Shown: positions 13,611 to 27,155 of the stretch, piece after piece | Position numbering within the stretch: the first letter of the stretch is position 1 | Layout: the number at the start of each line of letters is the position of its first letter | Source of the DNA: Auanema rhodensis | Lineage: Eukaryota; Animalia; Nematoda | Length of the DNA: 64,000 nt | Direction of reading: 5' to 3' | Assembly (NCBI GenBank): GCA_964057225.1 | Contig: OZ059896.1 | Coordinates: 18,476,001 to 18,540,000, forward strand | The notes under the pieces: model-generated | Told to the model about the DNA's origin: nothing | The model's database searches: none | The model's input: the letters and a program-made list of their open reading frames with translations, nothing else | Made by a program: the position numbers and the translations under genes

Positions 13611-15719
13611 CATTCAATTTTTTGAAAATTTATCAATGTAGTCAAGATGATTCTCTGGAAGTAATCCCGAATTGAGAAGAAATGAAAACAGGCAAACGAA
13701 TTTTTACTGTGTCAAAGGAAAATATCAGTATTTTTGCTAGCAATACTCGTGATTGTTTCGCACTCTGGAGCGGCAATTGTAACATAACGATCATTTGCTC
13801 TATATATGTTTTTTTTTTAATTTTGTTTTAGTCAATAATAAGCGGTTCACTATCACCACAGATAAGATATCTTTTTGTAATAAAAATGAGGAATTCTTGG
13901 AGAATGTATTTGTTTGTATTTGATGAATTATTTGCTCTATATATGTTTATATTTTTTTATTTTGTTTTGGTCAATAATAAGGGGTTCACTATCACCACAG
14001 ATAAGATATCTTTTTATTATGAAAATGGGGAATTCTTGGAGAATAGTAATGAAATTAATATTATTTAAAAAAAATTCAGGATTGATCATCGACAGTTTTC
14101 ATCTTTTTATAGAGAACTTGTTTACATTCAACAGTATGTCCACAAAACTGTAAGCTGGAGGGCCGGTTCAATGTTTTTTGATGTTTTTTTATTTTTATCA
14201 TTCAATTTTTCGAAAATTTACCAATGTAGTCAAGATGATTCTCTGAAAGTATTCCCAAATTTAGAAAAAATGAAAGCAGGCAAACAAATTTTTACTGTGT
14301 CAAAGGTAAACATCAGTACTCTTGCTAGTAGCAATACTCGTAATTGTTTCGCACTCTGGACCGGCAATTGTAACATAGCAATCATTTGCTCCATATATGT
14401 TTACATTTTTTTATTCTGTATTGGTCAATAATAAGCGGTTCACTATCACCACAGATAAGATATGTTTTGTTTATGAAAATGGGGAATTCTTGGAGAATAG
14501 CAATAAAAGTAATATTATTTTAAAAATATTCAGGAATGATCATCGAGAGTTTCCATCTTTTTATAGAGAACTTGTTTACATTTAACAGTATGTTCACAAA
14601 ATTGTTAGCTGGACGGCCAATTCAATTCTTCAGATGTTTTTCTATTTTTATTATAATTTTTAGATATTAATCAATGTAGTCAAGATGATTCTTTAAAAGT
14701 ATTCCCAGAATTAGAAGAAATGAGAGCAGGCAAACAAATGTTTACTGTGTCAAAGGAAAACATCAATACTTTTGCTAGCAATACTCGTAATTGTTTTGCA
14801 CTCTGGACCGGCAATTGTAATATAGCGATCATTTACTCTATATAGGTATACGATATATTTTGCTCCATATATGTTTATATTTTTTTATTCTGTTTTGGTC
14901 AAGAATAAGTGGTTCACTATCACCACAGATAAGATATCTTTTTGTAATAAAAATGAGGAATTCTTGGAGAATGTATTTGTTTGTATTTGATGAATTATTT
15001 GCTCTATATATGTTTATATTTTTTTATTTTGTTTTGGTCAATAATAAGGGGTTCACTATCACCACAGATAAGATATCTTTTTATTATGAAAATGGGGAAC
15101 TCTTGGAGAATAGTAATGCAATTAATATTATTTTAAAAATATTCAGGATTGATCATCGAGAGTTTCCATCTTTTTATAGAGAACTTGTTTACATTCAACA
15201 GTATGTTCACAAAACTGTAAGCTGGACGGCCGGTTCAATGTTTTTTGATGTTTTTTCATTTTTATCATTCAATTTTTTGAAAATTTATCAATGTAGTCAA
15301 GATGATTCTCTGGAAGTAATCCCGAATTGAGAAGAAATGAAAACAGGCAAACGAATTTTTACTGTGTCAAAGGAAAATATCAGTATTTTTGCTAGCAATA
15401 CTCGTGATTGTTTCGCACTCTGGAGCGGCAATTGTAACATAGCAATCATTTGCTTCATATATGTTTACATTTTTTTATTCTGTATTGGTCAATAATAAGC
15501 GGTTCACTATCACCACAGATAAGATATCTTTTTGTAATAAAAATGAGGAATTCTTGGAGAATGTATTTGTTTGTATTTGATGAATTATTTGCTCTATATA
15601 TGTTTATATTTTTTTATTTTGTTTTGGTCAATAATAAGGGGTTCACTATCACCACAGATAAGATATCTTTTTATTATGAAAATGGGGATTTCTTGGAGAA
15701 TAGTAATGCAATTAATATT

Positions 15720-18260
15720 ATTTTAAAAATATTCAGGATTGATCATCGAGAGTTTCCATCTTTTTATAGAGAACTTGTTTACATTCAACAGTATGTTCAC
15801 AAAACTGTAAGCTGGACGGCCGGTTCAATGTTTTTTGATGTTTTTTTATTTTTATCATTCAATTTTTCGAAAATTTACCAATGTAGTCAAGATGATTCTC
15901 TGAAAGTATTCCCAAATTTAGAAAAAATAAAAGCAGGCAAACAAATTTTTACTGTGTCAAAGGTAAACATCAGTACTTTTGCTAGCAATACTCGTGATTG
16001 TTTCGCACTCTGGACCGGAAATTGTAATATAGCGATCATTTACTCTATATAGGTATACGATTCATTTGCTCCTTATATATTTATATTTTTTTTATTCTGT
16101 ATTGGTCAATAATAAGTGGTTCACTATCACCACAGATGAGATATCTTTTTATTATGAAAATGGGGAATTCTTGGAGAATAGTAATGAAATTAATATTATT
16201 TTAAAAATATTCAGGATTGATCATCGAGAGTTTTCATCTTTTTATAGAGAACTTGTTTACATTCAACAGTATGTTCCCAAAACTGTAAGCTGGACGGCCG
16301 GTTCAATGTTTTTTGATGTTTTTTCATTTTTATCATTCAATTTTTTGAAAATTTATCAATGTAGTCAAGATGATTCTCTGGAAGTAATCCCGAATTGAGA
16401 AGAAATGAAAACAGGCAAACGAATTTTTACTGTGTCAAAGGAAAATATCAGTATTTTTGCTAGCAATACTCGTGATTGTTTCGCACTCTGGAGCGGCAAT
16501 TGTAACATAACGATCATTTGCTCTATATATGTTTTTTTTTTTATTTTGTTTTAGTCAATAATAAGCGGTTCACTATCACCACAGATAAGATATGTTTTGT
16601 TTATGAAAATGGGGAATTCTTGGAGAATGACAATGAAAGTAATATTATTTTAAAAATATTCAGGATTGATCATCGACAGTTTTCATCTTTTTATAGAGAA
16701 CTTGTTTACATTCAACAGTATGTCCACAAAACTGTAAGCTGGAGGGCCGGTTCAATGTTTTTTGATGTTTTTTTATTTTTATCATTCAATTTTTCGAAAA
16801 TTTACCAATGTAGTCAAGATGATTCTCTGAAAGTATTCCCAAATTTAGAAAAAATAAAAGCAGGCAAACAAATTTTTACTGTGTCAAAGGTAAACATCAG
16901 TACTTTTGCTAGCAATACTCGTGATTGTTTCGCACTCTGGACCGGAAATTGTAATATAGCGATCATTTACTCTATATAGGTATACGATTCATTTGCTCCT
17001 TATATATTTATATTTTTTTTATTCTGTATTGGTCTATAATAAGGGGTTCACTATCACAACAGATAAGATATCTTTTTATTATGAAAATGGGGAATTCTTG
17101 GAGAATAGTAATGAAATTAATATTATTTTGAAAATATTCAGGATTGATCATCGAGAGTTTCCATCTTTTTATAGAGAACTTGTTTACATTCAACAGTATG
17201 TTCACAAAACTGTAAGCTGGACGGCCGGTTCAATGTTTTTTGATGTTTTTTTATTTTTATCATTCAATTTTTCGAAAATTTACCAATGTAGTCAAGATGA
17301 TTCTCTGAAAGTATTCCCAAATTTAGAAAAAATAAAAGCAGGCAAACAAATTTTTACTGTGTCAAAGGTAAACATCAGTACTTTTGCTAGCAATACTCGT
17401 GATTGTTTCGCACTCTGGACCGGAAATTGTAATATAGCGATCATTTACTCTATATAGGTATACGATTCATTTGCTCCTTATATATTTATATTTTTTTTAT
17501 TCTGTATTGGTCAATAGTAAGTGGTTCACTATCACCACAGATGAGATATCTTTTTATTATGAAAATGGGGAATTCTTGGAGAATAGTAATGAAATTAATA
17601 TTATTTTAAAAATATTCAGGATTGATCATCGAGAGTTTTCATCTTTTTATAGAGAACTTGTTTACATTCAACAGTATGTTCCCAAAACTGTAAGCTGGAC
17701 GGCCGGTTCAATGTTTTTTGATGTTTTTTCATTTTTATCATTCAATTTTTTGAAAATTTATCAATGTAGTCAAGATGATTCTCTGGAAGTAATCCCGAAT
17801 TGAGAAGAAATGAAAACAGGCAAACGAATTTTTACTGTGTCAAAGGAAAATATCAGTATTTTTGCTAGCAATACTCGTGATTGTTTCGCACTCTGGAGCG
17901 GCAATTGTAACATAACGATCATTTGCTCTATATATGTTTGTATTTTTTTATTTTGTTTTAGTCAATAATAAGCGGTTCACTATCACCACAGATAAGATAT
18001 GTTTTGTTTATGAAAATGGGGAATTCTTGGAGAATGACAATGAAAGTAATATTATTTTAAAAATATTCAGGATTGATCATCGACAGTTTTCATCTTTTTA
18101 TAGAGAACTTGTTTACATTCAACAGTATGTCCACAAAACTGTAAGCTGGAGGGCCGGTTCAATGTTTTTTGATGTTTTTTTATTTTTATCATTCAATTTT
18201 TCGAAAATTTACCAATGTAGTCAAGATGATTCTCTGAAAGTATTCCCAAATTTAGAAAAA
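15720..18260 (+). repeat. About 1405-bp 3-mer higher-order repeat, about 1.8 copies
   Basis: ORF offsets 16066/17471 and ends 16052/17457. A hybrid monomer (GAATGACAATG...CATCGACAG...GGAGGGCCGG) is shared at ~16550 and ~17960. Confidence 0.72.
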
Positions 18261-21200
18261 ATGAAAGCAGGCAAACAAATTTTTACTGTGTCAAAGGTAA
18301 ACATCAGTACTCTTGCTAGTAGCAATACTCGTAATTGTTTCGCACTCTGGACCGGCATTTGTAACATAGCAATCATTTGCTCCATATATGTTTCCTTTTT
18401 TTTATTCTGTATTTGTCAATAATAAGTGGTTCACTATCACCACAGATAAGATATGGTTTTATTATGAAAATGGGGACTTCTTGGAGAATAGCAATAAAAG
18501 TAATATTATTTTAAAAATATTCAGGAATGATCATCGAGAGTTTCCATCTTTTTATAGAGAACTTGTTTACATTTAACAGTATGTTCACAAAATTGTTAGC
18601 TGGACGGCCAATTCAATTCTTCAGATGTTTTTCTATTTTTATTATAATTTTTAGATATTAATCAATGTAGTCAAGATGATTCTTTAAAAGTATTCCCAGA
18701 ATTAGAAGAAATGAGAGCAGGCAAACAAATGTTTACTGTGTCAAAGGAAAACATCAATACTTTTGCTAGCAATACTCGTAATTGTTTTGCACTCTGGACC
18801 GGCAATTGTAATATAGCGATCATTTACTCTATATAGGTATACGATATATTTTGCTCCATATATGTTTATATTTTTTTATTCTGTTTTGGTCAACAATAAG
18901 TGGTTCACTATCACCACAGATAAGATATCTTTTTGTAATAAAAATGAGGAATTCTTGGAGAATGTATTTGTTTGTATTTGATGAATTATTTGCTCTATAT
19001 ATGTTTATATTTTTTTATTTTGTTTTGGTCAATAATAAGAGGTTCACTATCACCACAGATAAGATATCTTTTTATTATGAAAATGGGGAATTCTTGGAGA
19101 ATAGTAATGAAATTAATATTATTTTAAAAATATTCAGGATTGATCATCGAGAGTTTCCATCTTTTTATAGAGAACTTGTTTACATTCAACAGTATGTTCA
19201 CAAAACTGTAAGCTGGACGGCCGGTTCAATGTTTTTTGATGTTTTTTTATTTTTATCATTCAATTTTTCGAAAATTTACCAATGTAGTCAAGATGATTCT
19301 CTGAAAGTATTCCCAAATTTAGAAAAAATAAAAGCAGGCAAACAAATTTTTACTGTGTCAAAGGTAAACATCAGTACTTTTGCTAGCAATACTCGTAATT
19401 GTTTCGCACTCTAGACCGGCAATTGTAATATAGCGATCATTTACTCTATATAGGTATACGATATATTTTGCTCCATATATGTTTATATTTTTTTATTCTG
19501 TTTTGGTCAATAATAAGTGGTTCACTATCACCACAGATGAGATATCTTTTCATTATGAAAATGGGGAATTCTTGGAGAATAGTAATGAAATTAATATTAT
19601 TTTAAAAATATTCAGGATTGATCATCGAGAGTTTTCATCTTTTTATAGAGAACTTGTTTACATTCAACAGTATGTTCCCAAAACTGTAAGCTGGACGGCC
19701 GGTTCAATGTTTTTTGATGTTTTTTCATTTTTATCATTCAATTTTTTGAAAATTTATCAATGTAGTCAAGATGATTCTCTGGAAGTAATCCCGAATTGAG
19801 AAGAAATGAAAACAGGCAAACGAATTTTTACTGTGTCAAAGGAAAATATCAGTATTTTTGCTAGCAATACTAGTGATTGTTTCGCACTCTGGAGCGGCAA
19901 TTGTAACATAACGATCATTTGCTCTATATATGTTTTTTTTTTATTTTGTTTTAGTCAATAATAAGCGGTTCACTATCACCACAGATAAGATTTGTTTTTA
20001 TTATGAAAATGGGGAATTCTTGGAGAATAGCAATAAAAGTAATATTATTTTCAAGATATTCAGGAATGATCATCGAGAGTTTCCATCTTTTTATAGAGAA
20101 CTTGTTTACATTCAACAGTATGTTCACAAAACTGTGAGCTGGACGGCCGGTCCAATGTTTTTTGATGTTTTTTTATTTTTATTATTTAATTTTTGAATAT
20201 TCATGAAGGTAGTCAAGAGAATTCTCTAGAAGTATTCACAAATTTAAAAGAAATGAAAGCAGGTTAACAAATTTTTACTGTGTCAAAGGAAAACATCAGT
20301 ACTCTTGCTAGCAATACTCGTAATTGTTTTGCACTCTGGACCGGCAATTGTAATATAGCGATCATTTACTCTATATAGGTATACGATATTTTTTGCTCCA
20401 TATATGTTTATATTTTTTTATTCTGTTTTGGTCAACAATAAGTGGTTCACTATCACCACAGATAAGATATCTTTTTGTAATAAAAATGAGGAATTCTTGG
20501 AGAATGTATTTGTTTGTATTTGATGAATTATTTGCTCTATATATGTTTATATTTTTATATTTTGTTTTGGTCAATAATAAGGGGTTCACTATCACCACAG
20601 ATAAGATATCTTTTTATTATGAAAATGGGGAATTCTTGGAGAATAGTAATGAAATTAATATTATTTTAAAAATATTCAGGATTGATCATCGAGAGTTTCC
20701 ATCTTTTTATAGAGAACTTGTTTACATTCAACAGTATGTTCACAAAACTGTAAGCTGGACGGCCGGTTCAATGTTTTTCGATGTTTTTTTATTTTTCTCA
20801 TTCAATTTTTCGAAAATTTACTAATGTAGTCAAGATGATTCTCTGAAAGTATTCCCAAATTTATAAAAAAAATGAAAACAGGCAAACAAATTTTCACTGT
20901 GTCAAAGGTAAACATCAGTACTTTTGCTAGCAATACTCGTGATTGTTTCGCACTCTGGACCGGAAATTGTAATATAGCGATCATTTACTCTATATAGGTA
21001 TACGATTCATTTGCTCCTTATATATTTATATTTTTTTTATTCTGTATTGGTCAATAATAAGTGGTTCACTATCACCACAGATGAGATATCTTTTTATTAT
21101 GAAAATGGGGAATTCTTGGAGAATAGTAATGAAATTAATATTATTTTAAAAATATTCAGGATTGATCATCGAGAGTTTTCATCTTTTTATAGAGAACTTG

Positions 21201-24200
21201 TTTACATTCAACAGTATGTTCCCAAAACTGTAAGCTGGACGGCCGGTTCAATGTTTTTTGATGTTTTTTCATTTTTATCATTCAATTTTTTGAAAATTTA
21301 TCAATGTAGTCAAGATGATTCTCTGGAAGTAATCCCGAATTGAGAAGAAATGAAAACAGGCAAACGAATTTTTACTGTGTCAAAGGAAAATATCAGTATT
21401 TTTGCTAGCAATACTCGTGATTGTTTCGCACTCTGGAGCGGCAATTGTAACATAACGATCATTTGCTCTATATATGTTTTTTTTTATTTTGTTTTAGTCA
21501 ATAATAAGCGGTTCACTATCACCACAGATAAGATATGTTTTGTTTATGAAAATGGGGAATTCTTGGAGAATGACAATGAAAGTAATATTATTTTAAAAAT
21601 ATTCAGGAATGATCATCGAGAGTTTCCATCTTTTTATAGAGAACTTGTTTACATTTAACAGTATGTTCACAAAATGGTTAGCTGGACGGCCAATTCAATT
21701 CTTCAGATGTTTTTCTATTTTTATTATAGTTTTTAGATATTAATCAATGTAGTCAAGATGATTCTATAAAGGTATTCCCAAAATTAGAAGAAATGAGAGC
21801 AGGCAAACAAATGTTTACTGTGTCAAAGGAAAACATCAATACTTTTGCTAGCAATACTCGTAATTGTTTCGCACTCTAGACCGGCAATTGTAACATAACG
21901 ATCATTTGCTCTATATATGTTTATATTTTTTTATTTTGTTTTAGTCAATAATAAGCGGTTCACTATCACCACAGATAAGATATGTTTTGTTTATGAAAAT
22001 GGGGAATTCTTGGAGAATGGCAATGAAAGTAATATTATTTTAAAAATATTCAGGAATGATTATCGAGAGTTTCCATCTTTTTATAGAGAACTTGTTTACA
22101 TTTAACAGTATGTTCACAAAATTGTTAGCTGGACGGCCAATTCAATTCTTCAGATGTTTTTATATTTTTATTATAATTTTTAGATATGAATCAATGTAGT
22201 CAAGATGATTCTTTAAAAGTATTCCCAAAATTAGAAGAAATGAGAGCAGGCAAACAAATGTTTACTGTGTCAAAGGAAAACATCAATACTTTTGCTAGCA
22301 ATACTCGTAATTGTTTCGCACTCTGGACCGGCAATTGTAATAAAGCGATCATTTACTCTATATAGGTATACGATATATTTTGCTCCCTATATGTTTATAT
22401 TTTTTTATTCTGTTTCGGTCAACAATAAGTGGTTCACTATCACCACAGATAAGATATCTTTTTATTATGAAAATGGGGAATTCTTGGAGAATAGTAATGA
22501 AATTAATATTATTTTAAAAATATTCAGGATTGATCATCGAGAGTTTCCATCTTTTTATAGAGAACTTGTTTACATTCAACAGTATGTTCACAAAACTGTA
22601 AGCTGGACGGCCGGTCCAATGTTTTTTGATGTTTTTTTATTTTTATTATTTAATTTTTAAATATTCATGGAGGTAGTCAAGAGGATTCTCTGAAAGTGTT
22701 CCCAAATTTGAAAGAAATGAAAGCAGGTTAACAAATTTTTACTGTGTCAAAGGAAAACATCAGTACTCTTGCTAGCAATACTCGTAATTGTTTCGCACTC
22801 TGGACCGGCACTGTAACATAGCGATCATTTACTCTATATAGGTACACGATTTATTTGCTCCATATAAATTCGTATTTTTTTATTCTGTTTTGGTCAATAA
22901 TAATTGGTTCACTATCACCACAGATAAGATTTGTTTTTATTATGAAAATGGGGAATTCTTGGAGAATAGCAATAAAAGTAATATTATTTTGAAGATATTC
23001 AGGAATGATCATCGAGAGTTTCCATCTTTTTATAAAAAACTTGTTTACATTCAACAGTATGTTCACAAAACTGTTAGCTGGACGGCCGGTTCAATGTTTT
23101 TTGATGTTTTTTCATTTTTATCATTCAATTTTTTGAAAATTTATCAATGTAGTCAAGATGATTCTCTGGAAGTAATCCCGAATTGAGAAGAAATGAAAAC
23201 AGGCAAACGAATTTTTACTGTGTCGAAGGAAAATATCAGTATTTTTGCTAGCAATACTCGTGATTGTTTCGCACTCTGGACCGGAAATTGTAATATAGCC
23301 ATCATTTACTCTATATAGGTATACGATTCATTTGCTCCATATATATTTATATTTTTTTATTTCGTTTTGGTCTATAATAAGGGGTTCACTATCACAACAG
23401 ATGAGATATATTTTTATTATGAAAATAGGGAATTCTTGGAGAATAGTAATGAAATTAATATTATTTTAAAAATATTCAGGATTGATCATCAAGAGTTTTC
23501 ATCTTTTTATAGAGAACTTGTTTACATTCAACAGTATGTTCACAAAACTGTAAGCTGGACGGCCGGTTCAATGTTTTTTGATGTTTTTTTATTTTTATCA
23601 TTCAATTTTTCGAAAATTTACCAATGTAGTCAAGATGATTCTCTGAAAGTATTCCCAAATTTAGAAAAAATGAAAACAGGCAAACAAATTTTCACTGTGT
23701 CAAAGGTAAACATCAGTACTTTTGCTAGCAATACTCGTGATTGTTTCGCACTCTGGACCGGAAATTGTAATATAGCGATCATTTACTCTATATAGGTATA
23801 CGATTCATTTGCTCCATATATATTTATATTTTTTTATTCTGTATCGGTCAATAATAAGTGGTTCACTATCACCACAGATAAGATATCTTTTTATTATGAA
23901 AATGGGGACTTCTTGGAGAATGGCAATGAAAGTAATATTATTTTAGAAATATTCAGGAATGATCATCGAGAGTTTCCATATTTTTATAGAGAACTTGTTT
24001 ACATTTAACAGTATGTTCACAAAACTGTAAGCTGGACGGCCGGTTCAATGTTTTTTGATGTTTTTTTATTTTTATCATTCAATTTTTCGAAAATTTACCA
24101 ATGTAGTCAAGATGATTCTCTGGATGTATTCCCAAATTTAGAAAAAATGAAAGCAGGCAAACTAATTTTTACTGTGTCAAAGGTAAACATGAGTACTTTT

Positions 24201-26676
24201 GCTAGCAATACTCGTAATTGTTTCGCACTCTGGACCGGAAATTGTAATATAGCGATCATTTACTCTATATAGGTATACGATTCATTTGCTCCATATATAT
24301 TTATATTTTTTTATTCTGTATTGGTCAATAATAAGTGGTTCACTATCACCACAGATAAGATATCTTTTTATTATGAAAATGGGGACTTCTTGGAGAATGG
24401 CAATGAAAGTAATATTATTTTAAAAATATTCAGGAATGATCATCGAGAGTTTCCATATTTTTATAGATAACTTGTTTACATTTAACAGTATGTTCACAAA
24501 ACTGTAAGCTGGACGGCCGGTTCAATGTTTTTTGATGTTTTTTTATTTTTATCATTCAATTTTTCGAAAATTTACCAATGTAGTCAAGATGATTCTCTGG
24601 ATGTATTCCCAAATTTAGAAAAAATGAAAGCAGGCAAACTAATTTTTACTGTGTCAAAGGTAAACATGAGTACTTTTGCTAGCAATACTCGTAATTGTTT
24701 CGCACTCTGGACCGGCACTGTAACATAGCGATCATTTACTCTATATAGGTACACGATTTATTTGCTCCTTATAAGTTCGTATTTTTTTATTCTGTTTTGG
24801 TCAATAATAATTGGTTCACTATCACCACAGATAAGATTTGTTTTTATTATGAAAATGGGGATTTCTTGGAGAATAGCAATAAAAGTAATATTATTTTGAA
24901 GATATTCAGGAATGATCATCGAGAGTTTCCATCTTTTTATAGAGAACTTGTTTACATTCAACAGTATGTTTACAAAACTGTTAGCTGGACGGCCGGTTCA
25001 ATGTTTTTTGATGTTTTTTCATTTTTATCATTCAATTTTTTGAAAATTTATCAATGTAGTCAAGATGATTCTCTGGAAGTAATCCCGAATTGAGAAGAAA
25101 TGAAAACAGGCAAACGAATTTTTACTGTGTCAAAGAAAAATATCAGTATTTTTGCTAGTAATACTCGTGATTGTTTCGCACTCTGGACCGGCAATTGTAA
25201 CATAACGATCATTTGCTCTATATATGTTTGTATTTTTTTATTTTGTTTTAGTCAATAATAAGCGGTTCACTATCACCACAGATAAGATATGTTTTGTTTA
25301 TGAAAATGGGGAATTCTTGGGAAATGGCAATGAAAGTAATATTATTTTAAAAATATTCAGGAATGATCATCGAGAGTTTCCATCTTTTTATAGAGAACTT
25401 GTTTACATTTAACAATATGTTCACAAAATTGTTAGCTGGACGGCCAATTCAATTCTTCAGATGTTTTTCTATTTTTATTATAATTTTTAGATATTAATCA
25501 ATGTAGTCAAGATGATTCTTTAAAAGTATTCCCAAAATTAGGAGAAATGAGAGCAGGCAAACAAATGTTTACTGTGTCAAAGGAAAACATCAATACTTTT
25601 GCTAGCAATACTCGTAATTGTTTCGCACTCTGGACCGGCAATTGTAATATAGCGATCATTTACTCTATATAGGTATACGATATATTTTGCTCCATATATG
25701 TTTATATTTTTTTATTCTGTTTTGGTCAACAATAAGTGGTTCACTATCACCACAGATAAGATATCTTTTTGTAATAAAAATGAGGAATTCTTGGAGAATA
25801 GTAATGAAATTAATATTATTTTAAAAATATTCAGGATTGATCATCGAGAGTTTTCAGCTTTTTATAGAGAACTTGTTTACATTCAACAGTATGTTCACAA
25901 AACTGTAAGCTGGACGGCCGGTCCAATGTTTTTTGATGTTTTTTTATTTTTATCATTCAATTTTTCGAAAATTTACCAATGTAGTCAAGATGATTCTCTG
26001 AAAGTATTCCCAAATTTAGAAAAAATGGAAGCAGGCAAACAAATTTTTACTGTGTCAAAGGTAAACATGAGTACTTTTGCTAGCAATACTCGTGATTGTT
26101 CCGCACTCTGGACCGGAAATTGTAATATAGCCATCATTTACTCTATATAGGTATACGATTCATTTGCTCCTTATATATTTATATTTTTTTTATTCTGTAT
26201 TGGTCTATAATAAGGGGTTCACTATCACAACAGATGAGATATATTTTTATTATGAAAATAGGGAATTCTTGGAGAATAGTAATAAAATTAATATTATTTT
26301 AAAAATATTCAGGATTGATCATCAAGAGTTTTCATCTTTTTATAGAGAACTTGTTTATATTCAACAGTATGTTCACAAAACTGTAAGCTGGACGGCCGGT
26401 TCAATGTTTTTTGATGTTTTTTTATTTTTATCATTCAATTTTTCGAAAATTTACCAATGTAGTCAAGATGATTCTCTGAAAGTATTCCCAAATTTAGAAA
26501 AAATGAAAGCAGGCAAACAAATTTTTACTGTGTCAAAGGTAAACATGAGTACTTTTGCTAGCAATACTCGTGATTGTTTCGCACTCTGGACCGGAAATTG
26601 TAATATAGCCATCATTTACTCTATATAGGTATACGATTCATTTGCTCCATATATATTTATATTTTTTTATTTCGTT

Positions 26677-27105
26677 TTGGTCTATAATAAGGGGTTCACT
26701 ATCACAACAGATGAGATATATTTTTATTATGAAAATAGGGAATTCTTGGAGAATAGTAATGAAATTAATATTATTTTAAAAACATTCAGGATTGATCATC
26801 AAGAGTTTTCATCTTTTTATAGAGAACTTGTTTACATTCAACAGTATGTTCACAAAACTGTAAGCTGGACGGCCGGTTCAATGTTTTTCGATGTTTTTTT
26901 ATTTTTCTCATTCAATTTTTCGAAATATTACCAATGTAGTCAAGATGATTCTCTGAAAGTATTCCCAAATTTAGAAAAAATGAAAACAGGCAAACAAATT
27001 TTCACTGTGTCAAAGGTAAACATCAGTACTTTTGCTAGCAATACTCGTGATTGTTTCGCACTCTGGACCGGAAATTGTAATATAGCGATCATTTACTCTA
27101 TATAG
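26677..27105 (+). pseudogene. Representative fossil ORF-like frame of the monomer (about 142-158 codons, unknown product); not supported as a functional CDS
   Basis: The frame is open across nearly the entire monomer (VxNKxFTITTD...FALWTGNCNIAIIYSI*). Other copies carry stops and frameshifts, and the variants are mostly non-synonymous. I do not recognise a protein family. Confidence 0.35.
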
Positions 27106-27155
27106 GTACACGATTTATTTGCTCCTTATAAGTTCGTATTTTTTTATTCTGTTTT
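26679..27155 (+). repeat. Representative 477-bp long-form monomer
   Basis: GGTC at 26679 to the next GGTC at 27156 is 477 bp. It carries both copies of the 26-bp sub-duplication (CGATCATTTACTCTATATAGGTA.. / CGATTTATTTGCTCC..). Confidence 0.95.

Noticed and set aside
26860-26890. tRNA, 5S or SINE-derived unit (GGTTCAAT is B-box-like; GACGGCC resembles the 5S start)
   Set aside because: There is no cloverleaf, no properly spaced A box and no extended 5S similarity.
26960-27030. Spliced-leader or snRNA gene array (CCCAAATTT and AGGTAAACAT resemble nematode SL1 pieces; AATTTTTTG is Sm-site-like)
   Set aside because: The pieces are about 40-50 bp apart and not contiguous, the Sm-like site is upstream of the donor, and the motifs are not conserved among monomer types.
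27054-27072. CENP-B box-like motif TTTCGCACTCTGGACCGG
   Set aside because: The spacing does not fit TTCG-N4-A-N2-CGGG; the resemblance is superficial.
26679-27155. The 477-bp monomer as a trimer of an ancient ~159-bp nucleosome-sized subunit
   Set aside because: There is only a weak echo (TCAA...GTTCAC about 155 bp apart) and no consistent third subunit. A self-alignment or autocorrelation test would be needed.
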